A program made the translations under genes and the position numbers. A DNA stretch of 64,000 nucleotides from Microgenomates group bacterium (GTDB lineage: Bacteria; Patescibacteriota; Microgenomatia; UBA10105; UBA927). The stretch spans positions 122,042-186,041 of the forward strand of contig JBAQFJ010000001.1 of assembly GCA_049287205.1 (NCBI GenBank). Direction: 5' to 3'. Under the pieces are notes generated by a model. It searched no databases and had not been told where the DNA came from. It saw only the letters and a list, made by a program, of their open reading frames with translations. Shown one piece after another: positions 40,888 through 51,022 of this stretch (within the stretch, counting starts at the first letter, position 1; the number at the start of each line of letters is the position of its first letter).

Positions 40888-41619
40888 ATGGAAAAGAAAG
40901 AATATGAAAAAATGTACAGGTATGAAGATACCTATTGGTGGTATGTTGCAAAGCGGAATTTTATTCAGACATTTCTTGCTTCCATGCGGCGTTTGACACG
41001 TCTTACTATTCTTGATGTCGGGTGCGGAACAGGAAGAAACATGCAACTCCTTGCCAATTATGGAACAGTGACCGGCATTGATGCATCAAAAGATGCAGTG
41101 AGACTTAGCAAAAAAAGACAATTGAAACGGGTATATCTTGGCAATGCAGAACACATTCCTTACAAAGCGACTCGATTTAACCTCGTGACGCTGTTTGATG
41201 TTCTGTACCATCGTCATATCCATTCTGACAACCATGTGCTTCGGGAATGCTACCGAGTCCTGAAACGAGGCGGTTATGTGCTTATAACAGACTGCGCATT
41301 TCAACAATTTTTTGCTCCGCATGATGAGCTGAATCAAACGCGGCATCGCTACACCAAACAGGAATTGGTTGAAAAGACAACCCTAGCAGGATTTACGGTT
41401 CTTCGCAGTTCATATATCTTTTTTTTGTCATTTCCATTATTTTTAGTTGAACGGCTGCTGACGCGGTATCATGTATTATCAACACATGACACAGAAACAG
41501 TGCTGCCTTCTTGGTTGAATGCGTGTTTGATTGGACTGGAAAAATTTGAGAATGTTTTGCTTCGTCATATGGCATTGCCCGTTGGCAGCTCTATACTTAT
41601 CCTTGCCCAGAAAAAATGA
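40888..41619 (+). CDS. class I SAM-dependent methyltransferase
   Basis: ORF 40753..41619; start MEKKEY at 40888; ILDVGCGTGRN SAM-binding motif I. Confidence 0.75.
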   Translation: MEKKEYEKMYRYEDTYWWYVAKRNFIQTFLASMRRLTRLTILDVGCGTGRNMQLLANYGTVTGIDASKDAVRLSKKRQLKRVYLGNAEHIPYKATRFNLVTLFDVLYHRHIHSDNHVLRECYRVLKRGGYVLITDCAFQQFFAPHDELNQTRHRYTKQELVEKTTLAGFTVLRSSYIFFLSFPLFLVERLLTRYHVLSTHDTETVLPSWLNACLIGLEKFENVLLRHMALPVGSSILILAQKK

Positions 41620-43958
41620 ACCATATACACGTTTCTATTATTGTTCCCACGTATAATGAAGCTGAAAATATCGAGCCTCTGATACGGGAAATTTTTTTGG
41701 CGCTTCCCAGACAATCAACAGAAATTATTATTGTTGATGATGATTCTCCGGACGGAACGTGGCGTGTTGCCCGTGCTCTCCACATGAAACAGGTGCGTGT
41801 GTTCCGGCGGATGCGCACGAGGGGTCTCACGAGCGCCATACAATTTGGTATTGACCACGCACGGGGGTTAATTGTCGGGTGGCTTGATGCGGATTTATCC
41901 CACCAGCCAAAATATTTTACCAAGATGCTCCAGATGATGAAAAAATCCGATGTTGTTGTTGCTTCCAGATATGTTCGTGGAGCGCGGGACGATCGAAAGG
42001 AAAAAACTGCCGTGGTAATGAGTAGGATCATCAACTGGATTGCACGAACCTTGCTCTACAGAACTGTGACCGACTATACGAGCGGATTCATTCTCATAAA
42101 AAAACGAATTTTTGAGGACTATCGGTTGCAAGGGGATTACGGCGAATATTTTATCCGACTTCTTTCCTATTGTGTTCGGCACGAATACCCGATCCATGAA
42201 ATTCCGTATGTATTTGTTTCCCGTGTGCATGGTGTATCAAAAACAGCTGTGTCGCTTGGCGATTTTTTCGTGAAAGGGATAAAATATGTGAAAGCGATTA
42301 TGCAAAATACATTCGGCAACATTGTATACAGCATGTCTTTACGTCACGTTTTTGCTCGCCGTAGTATACGTGAATTGCCGTATATCTTAATGGTCTGTAT
42401 TGGCTGTTCTGCTATAGTCATTATTCTTGTTTTGAAGATGCAGCAGTCATTTTATGTGCCCGCGTGGGATCAATCACATCATCTGATTATCGCATATCAA
42501 TTCTATAGTGCAATGAAAGAGGGTGGAGTTGCACAGTTGGTGACTGCTATTTTGCAATCCCAGACCATATATCCTCCGTTGTATCATCTCTTTGTTGCAT
42601 TCGGATATATGATATTTGGTGTGCAGCCGACAATTGGTATATTGATACAGATTCTATTTATATATATATCTGGTTTTTCTCTTTATAAACTTGCGCGGAT
42701 CGTTGTAGGGTCGTTAGAGGCGGCACTCGTTTCCATTCTTTCACTGTGTGTTCCCTGTATTGTTTGGCTTTATAGCGACGCATTAACTGATTTTATGAGT
42801 GTAACGCTTTTTGTTTTGTCGTTTTTGTTTTTATTGAAATCCAATTACTTCCAAAACAGAAAATTCAGTGTTATATTTGGACTGACAGTACTTGCAAATA
42901 TATTGACCCGATGGACATTTGTTATTGCCGCGGTGCCTTTTTTTTGGTATGTCATCGATTCGCTACGTAAGGCAGAAACAAAAAGTAGAGTTATAGAAAA
43001 TGTGCTTCTCGTTTTCTTTATAAGTATACCGTCTTTATTTTGGTATATTCCACATTGGCAGCTGATCCAAGAGTCCTACACTTTTTTTTCCAATCCGGAA
43101 AATATCGCAGTTCGGGCGTGGAATCTTCCTGTTGGATTTACCTGGCGCACGCTGTTGTATTATCCAAAGGCAGCCATTGGATTTACCGGAATAGGCATCG
43201 TTCCGCTTATCTGTTTTGTCATTAGCGCTTTTTACGCGCTTGGCAAACGGTTGAGTAAACCCGTTTACTATATACTGGGAAGCATTGTTTGCGTTCTGGT
43301 TTTTCAGACGATACTTCAGGATAAAACTCCCAAATATATTGCCTATATATATCCTTTTGTACTCGTCTCATTTTTTGCATTTTGTACTGAAATAAAAAAT
43401 GGAAGGATAAAATATTTTTTAATTACTGTATTTTCGGTGTCACTATTGGTTAATTTTGTGTTTGCCTATCTGACATTTCCGGCAAAAAAAACAGTTGATA
43501 TACAGATTAGTTCATACCGCGTACCAATACTCGCGGGCATTGATCACTCTTTTGAACCAGTTCTGTGGCCATCAGAACAGATTATTACTGATAATTTTTC
43601 AAACCTTTCCACTTCCAAAACGCTTTTAGTATTGAGTGATTATAAATATCTGAATCACGTCACGTTTCAATATTATGCGGATAAACATTATATTCCCCTG
43701 ATCGCTGTACAGGCGCTCTATCTGTATGATCCGATGAATCCACAACTAGATTTTGCTGCATTGGAACAGTATGATTTTCAGGGCTCCGGGTTTGATTATG
43801 TTTTTACTAAGTCAGGCGGTGACATGGGTGTGTTAATAGATCATGATACAACCGTGCGTATCAATGAATATCTTCAGACTTTCCGGCCGAATTGGCCCGT
43901 TGTAACATATGACTTACCTGACGACTCAAAAGGAATGCTATATACCATTGTCAAATAA
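41616..43958 (+). CDS. fusion protein: GT2 polyprenol-phosphate sugar synthase-like domain + large GT-C-like integral membrane domain
   Basis: N-terminal 230 aa VSIIVPTYNEAENIEP...IIVDDDSPDGT...WLDADLSH (DPM1/GtrB-like GT2). C-terminal ~550 aa with over 10 TM, resembling ArnT/PMT-type GT-C proteins. Confidence 0.6.
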   Translation: MNHIHVSIIVPTYNEAENIEPLIREIFLALPRQSTEIIIVDDDSPDGTWRVARALHMKQVRVFRRMRTRGLTSAIQFGIDHARGLIVGWLDADLSHQPKYFTKMLQMMKKSDVVVASRYVRGARDDRKEKTAVVMSRIINWIARTLLYRTVTDYTSGFILIKKRIFEDYRLQGDYGEYFIRLLSYCVRHEYPIHEIPYVFVSRVHGVSKTAVSLGDFFVKGIKYVKAIMQNTFGNIVYSMSLRHVFARRSIRELPYILMVCIGCSAIVIILVLKMQQSFYVPAWDQSHHLIIAYQFYSAMKEGGVAQLVTAILQSQTIYPPLYHLFVAFGYMIFGVQPTIGILIQILFIYISGFSLYKLARIVVGSLEAALVSILSLCVPCIVWLYSDALTDFMSVTLFVLSFLFLLKSNYFQNRKFSVIFGLTVLANILTRWTFVIAAVPFFWYVIDSLRKAETKSRVIENVLLVFFISIPSLFWYIPHWQLIQESYTFFSNPENIAVRAWNLPVGFTWRTLLYYPKAAIGFTGIGIVPLICFVISAFYALGKRLSKPVYYILGSIVCVLVFQTILQDKTPKYIAYIYPFVLVSFFAFCTEIKNGRIKYFLITVFSVSLLVNFVFAYLTFPAKKTVDIQISSYRVPILAGIDHSFEPVLWPSEQIITDNFSNLSTSKTLLVLSDYKYLNHVTFQYYADKHYIPLIAVQALYLYDPMNPQLDFAALEQYDFQGSGFDYVFTKSGGDMGVLIDHDTTVRINEYLQTFRPNWPVVTYDLPDDSKGMLYTIVK

Positions 43959-44003
43959 ACCATTACATATACCTGTCATGCATTGACCGGATTCACCGAA
44001 AGA

Positions 44004-45659
44004 TCATGATCTCTTTACAAGAACCCCGTTTAAGAAAGATTTGACGGTAAAGTATAGGAGATACAGTATACACACGAGAGAAACGAGTTCAGAAAAAATT
44101 CGGCTTGGTGTTTTTTTAAAGGCCATGTGTACAACATGATATCCTTGTGGAATATTCACATGCATCAGACCGCCTTGATTATCATATTGTATTGAAATTT
44201 TTTGATTGTCTACGGTTGCTAGCCAACCGGGATAATATACGTGCGTGATTTCGATTTCGCTTGGATTTTCAAGTTCTGTCGCAAATTCTATATGATTATA
44301 TTTCCATTCGACGTTGTCGATATACCCATCTCCCTCTACTATATGTATTTTTTCTTTCTGACTTCCTGTTGGTTTTTCTTTTACCCATATTGGAAGATAC
44401 TCGTCATCCCAGGTGGTTGTTTCATGTTGTGTGTAGTTTTCGTAGTACCCGTTGGGTTTAAAAAATCCTGTGTTTAACGCAATCGTTAGCATACATATAC
44501 TACATATACACAGAAACATACCATATGTTGACACTGTAGTTGTTTTGATCCATTTAGTAAGAAAATATATAAAATAACCGGATAAAATTGATCCGATAAT
44601 GGTGGTGATCATATGAAATCGCCATGGAATTCTTATCAGATGCAGCAGCGGTATTGAAGACCACACAGACGCGCTATATACCGTTTCCATATACGTAAAC
44701 AGGAGAAAAGTTATCGTCCAGAACGCAATTTTGTATTTTTCTGATGATTTGATAAAAACATTCAATATAACAGTCAGTATGGAAAGGACAAGCAGCGTTT
44801 TTCCTACCTGCAAAGACATAGGATCAGCAAACGTTATGCCGCCATATCCCCAATGGGAATGCCATAGTTCATTCAGTTTTAGTAAGAAAATATCTAAGTT
44901 GAACTGCAATAAGTTTCCTATGCGTAGATATTTTGATTCCACAAGTGCCGGAAGCCAATAAAAACAGGAAAGCGATACGGCAATGCCAAGAGACGCACAG
45001 AGCGATTTTATATACTGCATTTTTCCCTGCGGTGTGATGGTAAGAAGAAACATGGTATAGAGAACAAAAAATACGCCATAAATAATTGCTGAGATGTGAT
45101 GAGTTGCAATGAGTATTCCCAACAGTACTCCGTGCATGATGGCCCAACGTGACGTGCTTTGCTGTCGCTGTTTGAAGTTCGCGTACATAATCCACGGTAG
45201 CAAAGAAAATGCGGCAAATTCAGATATATTTCCGCGAACATATGCATCAGTTGCTCTATAGGGGGCAAAAGAGAAGATGACCGCGCTCATAAAAGCGGGA
45301 ACCTTTTTTGTTAGATTTTTCATATATACATATATTCCGATAGGGCCAATGAGGAAAGCGGTGAAGTAGAGCAGTTTGACTGCAAGTGTGGGTGTTAATC
45401 CGATTCTTACAAGCAGGGCGCCTAGTATATATACCATTGGAGAATAAAATGTGAACAACGGGTATCCATACCCTGACAAGAGATTACTGGACCATCGAGC
45501 TGGGAAATCTCCATTGATAAATGAAACATAATATTCCGTGACTCTTTGTATCGCAAAATCGTCTTGGCTGTAATAAAAACCATTGTGGAACAACGGGAGG
45601 ACAAGAGGTATCTGGAGCAGTAACACAATACCAATGAAAAGCAGAGAAGATTTCTTCAT
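44004..45659 (-). CDS. integral membrane protein, putative GT-C-type glycosyltransferase (YfhO/ArnT-like)
   Basis: 551 aa, multi-TM N-terminal region and C-terminal extracytoplasmic domain. Confidence 0.4.
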   Translation of the reverse strand: MKKSSLLFIGIVLLLQIPLVLPLFHNGFYYSQDDFAIQRVTEYYVSFINGDFPARWSSNLLSGYGYPLFTFYSPMVYILGALLVRIGLTPTLAVKLLYFTAFLIGPIGIYVYMKNLTKKVPAFMSAVIFSFAPYRATDAYVRGNISEFAAFSLLPWIMYANFKQRQQSTSRWAIMHGVLLGILIATHHISAIIYGVFFVLYTMFLLTITPQGKMQYIKSLCASLGIAVSLSCFYWLPALVESKYLRIGNLLQFNLDIFLLKLNELWHSHWGYGGITFADPMSLQVGKTLLVLSILTVILNVFIKSSEKYKIAFWTITFLLFTYMETVYSASVWSSIPLLHLIRIPWRFHMITTIIGSILSGYFIYFLTKWIKTTTVSTYGMFLCICSICMLTIALNTGFFKPNGYYENYTQHETTTWDDEYLPIWVKEKPTGSQKEKIHIVEGDGYIDNVEWKYNHIEFATELENPSEIEITHVYYPGWLATVDNQKISIQYDNQGGLMHVNIPQGYHVVHMAFKKTPSRIFSELVSLVCILYLLYFTVKSFLNGVLVKRS

Positions 45660-45720
45660 GTTCTTATCTATTTGGAAAAACCGTATACTGATAGTATATT
45701 GGATTTTTTGGAAAAACTAC

Positions 45721-47532
45721 ATGGAACGTATTTCTAGACTAGTACAACGATGTTTCCCATATTTCTTTTTATTCATTGTTGTTGTTTGTTCTGTTGCCCC
45801 CGTTTTTCCTACTTTTACAACAGCATATATCGGGGACGGCGGTGATAGTGTAGAAATGCTTTCGTATCTTCATTTGGCCAAAGAAAATCTGCAAGATCTG
45901 AAATTTCCTCTTGCCCATACCAATACCTTTCGTTATCCAGATGGTTTTTCTTTTGATTTTGGTTCTGATCAGAGGCTGTTTGTCGTTTTAGGTGCTTTCG
46001 GCAGTTTACTGATAAACAATGATGTTATTGTGTTTAATTCACTTATTGTAGGTATACTTTTAGCAAACTGTATAACAAGCTATGTGTTTTTTACATTACT
46101 GGCAAAATCTCGATTATTGGGACTGCTTGGAGCGGTTATCTATGGATTGTCGTATTATCCCTTAACTAAAATAGCTGGTCATATAAATCTTATGCAGCTC
46201 TACAGCATACCTGTTATAGGTATCGGTATCGTTGGAAGTATTCGTGAGAAACGTATATCGCCAGCGTCATTAGCCAGTATATTACTTGGATTTTTATTGG
46301 CTGCCGTGTCTTCGCTACAAACAGGAGCGATTGTATTTGTCGGTTTTTCCATTATTAGTATTATTGGTATTCTTTTATATCCGCAAGCCGTACGGGAAAT
46401 CTTGCGAAGGACATGGAAAGAGGTACATGGTGTTAAGCTTTTGTGTATTTTTTTTCTGTTTATTTTCTTGTTTATTTTTTTGTTTCCTTCCCACGTTTCC
46501 TATATAGCAAGAGGCGGGGATTGGGCCGGCAATTATCACAAGGAAATAATTGGACGAAGTATTCCACTTTTTTCAGATGTTCTGCCTTCGCTATTTACAA
46601 CATCCTATTTCAGTTCGTTGTTTTATTCAATTGTTCCAGTGTCAACGAACATTAAAGAATCGTTGCAGCATATCGGAGCTGCAACTTTTTGGGGCTATGT
46701 AGAATTACTGCTCTTTATTTTTGCAGTTTTTTTCATCCGTGCAAAAAAAGATCTGGTTGTTTTGTTGAATTTTATCGTATTTTTTTGTTTAACTTTGGGG
46801 CCAGAACATTGGCCATCTATCTTGCGTTCTTTATACTTTCTCTTTCCATTGAAATATATTATGGAAACGGATCGCTATTTTCTTTTGTACTACTTCATGA
46901 GCACCATTATCATTGTGCGATACCTTACCGCCTATTCAACAAAAAAAGTTTTGATCGGATGTATTCTCGCGTTTGTCGTATTTGAACGTTTAACTATTCC
47001 ACAAACCTTTACAGTAAAACAGTATCAGTACGAAGAGGTTGTTGGGCGACTGCCGGGGAAGGCAGTGTTAGATGTGCCGGTATTATTTGAGGATCCTGAT
47101 TATTGGGAAGGTGTGCGATATAATCTCGAGCCGTTCGCGTATAAAAAAAAGATCGTAAGCGGATATTTTCATTGGATGGGTGAAACTGAAGCGTCTTCGG
47201 CATTTATTCGGCAAAATAACTTTGTTACGCTACTTCGGTGTGGGGCGGAAGTTACAAAGATATCCGCTGAAGATTACGTATCAGCAATACAAGAGCTCGT
47301 AGAAAAGGATATACAAGTCATTGTGATTCACAAAGATTATCTCTGGTATAGAGCTAATTGCAAAGAGGCACGGATGAACAGCGTCTCACTATTGCATGAT
47401 ATTTCCATGCAAGAATCCAGACTGAGTGAACAGGACTATGCACAAGCTATATCTGTATCTTATTCGTTTCTTTTTTATATAACGAGGATATACGCTGATG
47501 AAGAGGCGATTGTGTATCTGATTCGTAAGTAA
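45721..47532 (+). CDS. integral membrane protein (possible GT-C-like glycosyltransferase)
   Basis: ORF 45583..47532 overlaps the divergent gene; start MERISR at 45721 preferred. Over 10 TM plus C-terminal soluble domain. Confidence 0.4.
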   Translation: MERISRLVQRCFPYFFLFIVVVCSVAPVFPTFTTAYIGDGGDSVEMLSYLHLAKENLQDLKFPLAHTNTFRYPDGFSFDFGSDQRLFVVLGAFGSLLINNDVIVFNSLIVGILLANCITSYVFFTLLAKSRLLGLLGAVIYGLSYYPLTKIAGHINLMQLYSIPVIGIGIVGSIREKRISPASLASILLGFLLAAVSSLQTGAIVFVGFSIISIIGILLYPQAVREILRRTWKEVHGVKLLCIFFLFIFLFIFLFPSHVSYIARGGDWAGNYHKEIIGRSIPLFSDVLPSLFTTSYFSSLFYSIVPVSTNIKESLQHIGAATFWGYVELLLFIFAVFFIRAKKDLVVLLNFIVFFCLTLGPEHWPSILRSLYFLFPLKYIMETDRYFLLYYFMSTIIIVRYLTAYSTKKVLIGCILAFVVFERLTIPQTFTVKQYQYEEVVGRLPGKAVLDVPVLFEDPDYWEGVRYNLEPFAYKKKIVSGYFHWMGETEASSAFIRQNNFVTLLRCGAEVTKISAEDYVSAIQELVEKDIQVIVIHKDYLWYRANCKEARMNSVSLLHDISMQESRLSEQDYAQAISVSYSFLFYITRIYADEEAIVYLIRK

Positions 47533-47543
47533 TCTAGTGCGGC

Positions 47544-48545
47544 TTATTGTATTTTAGCCTTGAGTTTTTTGAAGAAATCCTGCTTCTCGGCAGTATCAAA
47601 TGTGAAGATGTGCTTCTTGTTGCGGATAGTTTTTTTTAGCTCGTTAGACATTAATACGTATGTGTTGTTGTGCAATTCCTTGATGACAATAGGATCTCCT
47701 TCAACTGCAGAGGGAAGTACAAAAAGACGGCAGTTGGTGAGCAGTTCTTGCTTTTCTTTCCCAAACACGTAGCCGGTAAACAGGATGTTTGTATTATTTT
47801 TTGTCAGTTTTTGGAGGAATGCATAATATTGTTTGGAATTGCTTTCACCTCCTGCAAGTATCAGTTTTACATTTTTTGGTTGAAGCTTGGCATAGGCCTC
47901 TATGAGCCACTCAATGCGTTTCTCAGGCACAAAGCGGCCAAGATAGAGAATGTAGTCGTTGCCGTGCACATCGTATTTTTTTGCGATGATGTCCGGAGTG
48001 ATTTTTTTATATGGTTGGAAAGTGACACGGTCGATGGTTGTTTCTTTTTTGTAGGTTGTACGGAAATAGGTTTTGAGATCTTCAGAGACAACAAACAACG
48101 TATTGGTAAGGTGAGTTACTGTATGTTCTGCCATCCGCAATAAGAGGCGTGCAGTCCATCCCCATTTGTCTCGTTTCCAGTCCAGCGCATGGATGGTGAC
48201 GAATATTTTTTTTCCAAACAGTTTCGGGATTAAGGAGAAAAACGCCGGTCCCGTAGCCTGATACCAGACAGTATCAACAGACGTAAAACAAACATGTATG
48301 GATGAGAGCAGTGAGTGTACAAACGCGTCAAAATGTTTGGTTTTAATGGTCGGAATATGGATAAGCTGTATTCCTTGGTACGTTTTTTTTGCCCTTGGGG
48401 TGGCCCAAGACCGCACATAACAGGTAACGCTAACTCCAAGCCGAACTAAGCGCTTTGCTTTTTGTTCAACGTAGAATTCCACGCCCGATGTGCCGGTAAA
48501 TTCGGCAGGGATTCCTTTTTGACCGATAAAAGCAACGCGTTTCAT
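47544..48545 (-). CDS. glycosyltransferase family 4 (GT-B)
   Basis: ORF 47544..48593; start MKRVAFIGQKGIP at 48545. ...FVLPSAVEGDPIVIKELHNNTYVL... Confidence 0.7.
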   Translation of the reverse strand: MKRVAFIGQKGIPAEFTGTSGVEFYVEQKAKRLVRLGVSVTCYVRSWATPRAKKTYQGIQLIHIPTIKTKHFDAFVHSLLSSIHVCFTSVDTVWYQATGPAFFSLIPKLFGKKIFVTIHALDWKRDKWGWTARLLLRMAEHTVTHLTNTLFVVSEDLKTYFRTTYKKETTIDRVTFQPYKKITPDIIAKKYDVHGNDYILYLGRFVPEKRIEWLIEAYAKLQPKNVKLILAGGESNSKQYYAFLQKLTKNNTNILFTGYVFGKEKQELLTNCRLFVLPSAVEGDPIVIKELHNNTYVLMSNELKKTIRNKKHIFTFDTAEKQDFFKKLKAKIQ

Positions 48546-48552
48546 GTGTTGT

Positions 48553-50679
48553 TTAGGGAAAATTAAGAATGGCCTGTTTGAGTGAGCCAACATCCGGTAT
48601 TCCTTTTTGTTCTACATCAGCGCAGTGTTGAGACGCGGATGTATTTGCTTTGCATTGTATCAGTTCTTGTTTTGCCGCATCAGTGTCATGCAATATGTTT
48701 TTTTTGAGGCTTGCCAGTTCGATGTAATAGTAACTTAATCCGGAATCTAATTGTTTTGCAAGTTCCCAGAACAGTTTTGTTCGGTTGGGAAATGTCGTGA
48801 TGCTTGCAAGGCCTGCAATATAATAAAGCCGTGACATGCGTTTTTCATGATTCATATCGTTATTAATGAGGTCACTTGTCATTGATGTGACCTCCCTGAC
48901 TTCGTTTTCTTCAAGTGGGCCCGCGTGAAGGATGGCATCTCTATACATCGGAGGAAGAAATTGCAGACTATACGCCTCAAATTGCATCCCTGCCTTTTGG
49001 TAGTTTTGTTGAAGAATCAGAAAATCAATGTATTGTACGTGATACTGCTCATTTTTTGGATAGAGTGCAATTAATTTTGTATATATGCTGTGTTTTTCTG
49101 CAACGGACAATGTAGCTCCATTTGTTTTTAGGATTGCGTCAATGATCTGGTGGTCGTTTTTGTGGAAAAAGGACAACATCTGGATTTGATGGTTGGTCAT
49201 GAGCGCCCCGTGTAGTTGTTGTTTTTGGATATAATCCGTGGCTAATTGGGTGTGAAACGGCATAACAGAGAGTGCGGCAGTTTGTTTAGACATAAATTGC
49301 AAGATTAATCCACTGAGTGACAGGCCATAAAACACCAGAAGACACAGAAGTACGACGTGAACGAGGAGCGGCGTATGGTGTGTGTTTTTGGTCTGTTTGT
49401 TTTTTACACCAAGACAGACGCCGAGCACTGCCAAGAACAGTATCCAAATGACAATAAAGTCTAAATTAAATTCATAGATGCTGTATAGTCCTGTTAGTAT
49501 TCCTCCTTCAAGAAGCGGCACTGCATATTTTTTTGTTTCGGTATCTAAAGACTTCAGATTGTGTATGCTTTGGTAAAAGAGCAGGTAGAGGAGAGTGAAG
49601 ATGCCAAATGCACCTAGGATGCCGAACTCAACCAGTGTTTGCAAAGGAAAACTGTGTGCGAATAATGAATAAACCTGCGGAAGTCTCTGTAGTCGTTGGG
49701 ATTGAAGAAAAAAAGTTCCCGGACCACTGCCTGCGATTGGGCGTTCCTGTATGGCAAGCAAAGATTGTTTCCAGTACTCCATACGATTTTGTATCGGGGT
49801 TTCTTTCGTAATAAACTGTTTTACGAGTTGTTTTGTGCTGTCAGTTTTAAATATATTTGGACCGGTGAAATGAAATAAACTGATAAATAACACACAGAAT
49901 ACCATGGCAACTCCTGCAAAGAACAGCTTGTGCTTTTTTAGGAGAAGTTTTCTTTGGGCTATCGCTATATACACACTATATCCTGCAATGAGTACCCATG
50001 CGCCTCTCGCAAACGTGGCTACCAGTACGATCATGGTGCAAAAAAAGACTGCGTAACTTTGCCATTTCTTTTGACGTATAGCGTTGTGCAACACGATGGG
50101 GATCAGAAAAATTAGGAGATGGGCAAGATAATTATGTCCGTAATGCGGAAACAGCATATTCATATCCGGAAGCAACGAGCTAAACTGCGGAAACAGGTTT
50201 ACAACGAGTGATGCGCATACAGAAGCTGTAGCCAAAAAAATAATTCCGTAATAACAATAGGCAAGTATTTTTTTATTCGCTATTGCGTAAAAGAAATAAA
50301 ATATAAAAAATCCTATGATGTATCTGTTTGTCGCATAGATGGAATAGGCGACACTGTCAGAAAAGAGAGACCTGATCAGTGCATATATGATAATGCCCCA
50401 CCACATCCATAAGAGAGGTTTTGGCAGTGTGTTTTGTTTGTGTTCGGTGAGGAAGCACCAGTACACACCGAGAAACAGTACATATCCCGATATGTAGACA
50501 TCAACAGTCTGTTGTTTCCCGTCTCCTAAGAAGACAGTAAAAAAAAGAAGCGCGAATAGTATAACCACTATTTTTTCTTCATTGGATACGGAACGAATTT
50601 TTGTATCTATTCGTTGAATAGCTGCTGCCAGATGTTTTCTCATACAAAAATGAGCGTGCTTTTTCTTGCGTTGCCACAT
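48553..50679 (-). CDS. O-antigen ligase-like membrane protein with C-terminal TPR-like soluble domain
   Basis: 708 aa; over 10 TM in the N-terminal 420 aa; alpha-helical repeat C-terminus. Confidence 0.5.
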   Translation of the reverse strand: MWQRKKKHAHFCMRKHLAAAIQRIDTKIRSVSNEEKIVVILFALLFFTVFLGDGKQQTVDVYISGYVLFLGVYWCFLTEHKQNTLPKPLLWMWWGIIIYALIRSLFSDSVAYSIYATNRYIIGFFIFYFFYAIANKKILAYCYYGIIFLATASVCASLVVNLFPQFSSLLPDMNMLFPHYGHNYLAHLLIFLIPIVLHNAIRQKKWQSYAVFFCTMIVLVATFARGAWVLIAGYSVYIAIAQRKLLLKKHKLFFAGVAMVFCVLFISLFHFTGPNIFKTDSTKQLVKQFITKETPIQNRMEYWKQSLLAIQERPIAGSGPGTFFLQSQRLQRLPQVYSLFAHSFPLQTLVEFGILGAFGIFTLLYLLFYQSIHNLKSLDTETKKYAVPLLEGGILTGLYSIYEFNLDFIVIWILFLAVLGVCLGVKNKQTKNTHHTPLLVHVVLLCLLVFYGLSLSGLILQFMSKQTAALSVMPFHTQLATDYIQKQQLHGALMTNHQIQMLSFFHKNDHQIIDAILKTNGATLSVAEKHSIYTKLIALYPKNEQYHVQYIDFLILQQNYQKAGMQFEAYSLQFLPPMYRDAILHAGPLEENEVREVTSMTSDLINNDMNHEKRMSRLYYIAGLASITTFPNRTKLFWELAKQLDSGLSYYYIELASLKKNILHDTDAAKQELIQCKANTSASQHCADVEQKGIPDVGSLKQAILNFP

Positions 50680-50721
50680 GTATCATACTTCATTTGCTTT
50701 GCTCGGGGAAGGTATGTGGAG

Positions 50722-50895
50722 CTATTTTAATACAAGCATTTCAATGAGGGTGAGTACGCAGAGTGTATACGTGATAATCATAATCCACGCCAGTTTGCCG
50801 TCCAGCGGCGTTTTGTTCCATGCGTGCGGCAATAATTCCGTCCAGAATCGACGGTTTGTTTTCCACAACGTATAAAGAAAATTTTTCCCTTTCAT
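50722..50895 (-). CDS. small hypothetical membrane protein (57 aa, not in ORF track)
   Basis: Minus strand MKGKNFLYTLWKTNRRFWTELLPHAWNKTPLDGKLAWIMIITYTLCVLTLIEMLVLK; directly upstream of the O-antigen-ligase-like gene. Confidence 0.25.
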   Translation of the reverse strand: MKGKNFLYTLWKTNRRFWTELLPHAWNKTPLDGKLAWIMIITYTLCVLTLIEMLVLK

Positions 50896-51022
50896 GAAAC
50901 GAGTATACAGATGAGGCGCCGGATCGTCACTGCATCACGGATATGCATCAGCGAGGCTATTTTTCGTTTTCTTGCGTTTCCGTGTCTGTTTGTGTTTAAA
51001 TGTTGTACAGAGTACAACGACT

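Noticed and set aside
45583-45720. Longer start of the 45721 membrane protein gene that overlaps the divergent gene's start codon.
   Set aside because: It would place two divergent start codons on the same nucleotides. The downstream ATG at 45721 is more plausible.
46441-46490. Short tandem repeat ttttctgtttattttcttgtttattttttt.
   Set aside because: It lies inside a membrane protein gene and simply encodes a Phe/Leu/Ile-rich TM helix. It is codon-level low complexity, not a regulatory repeat.
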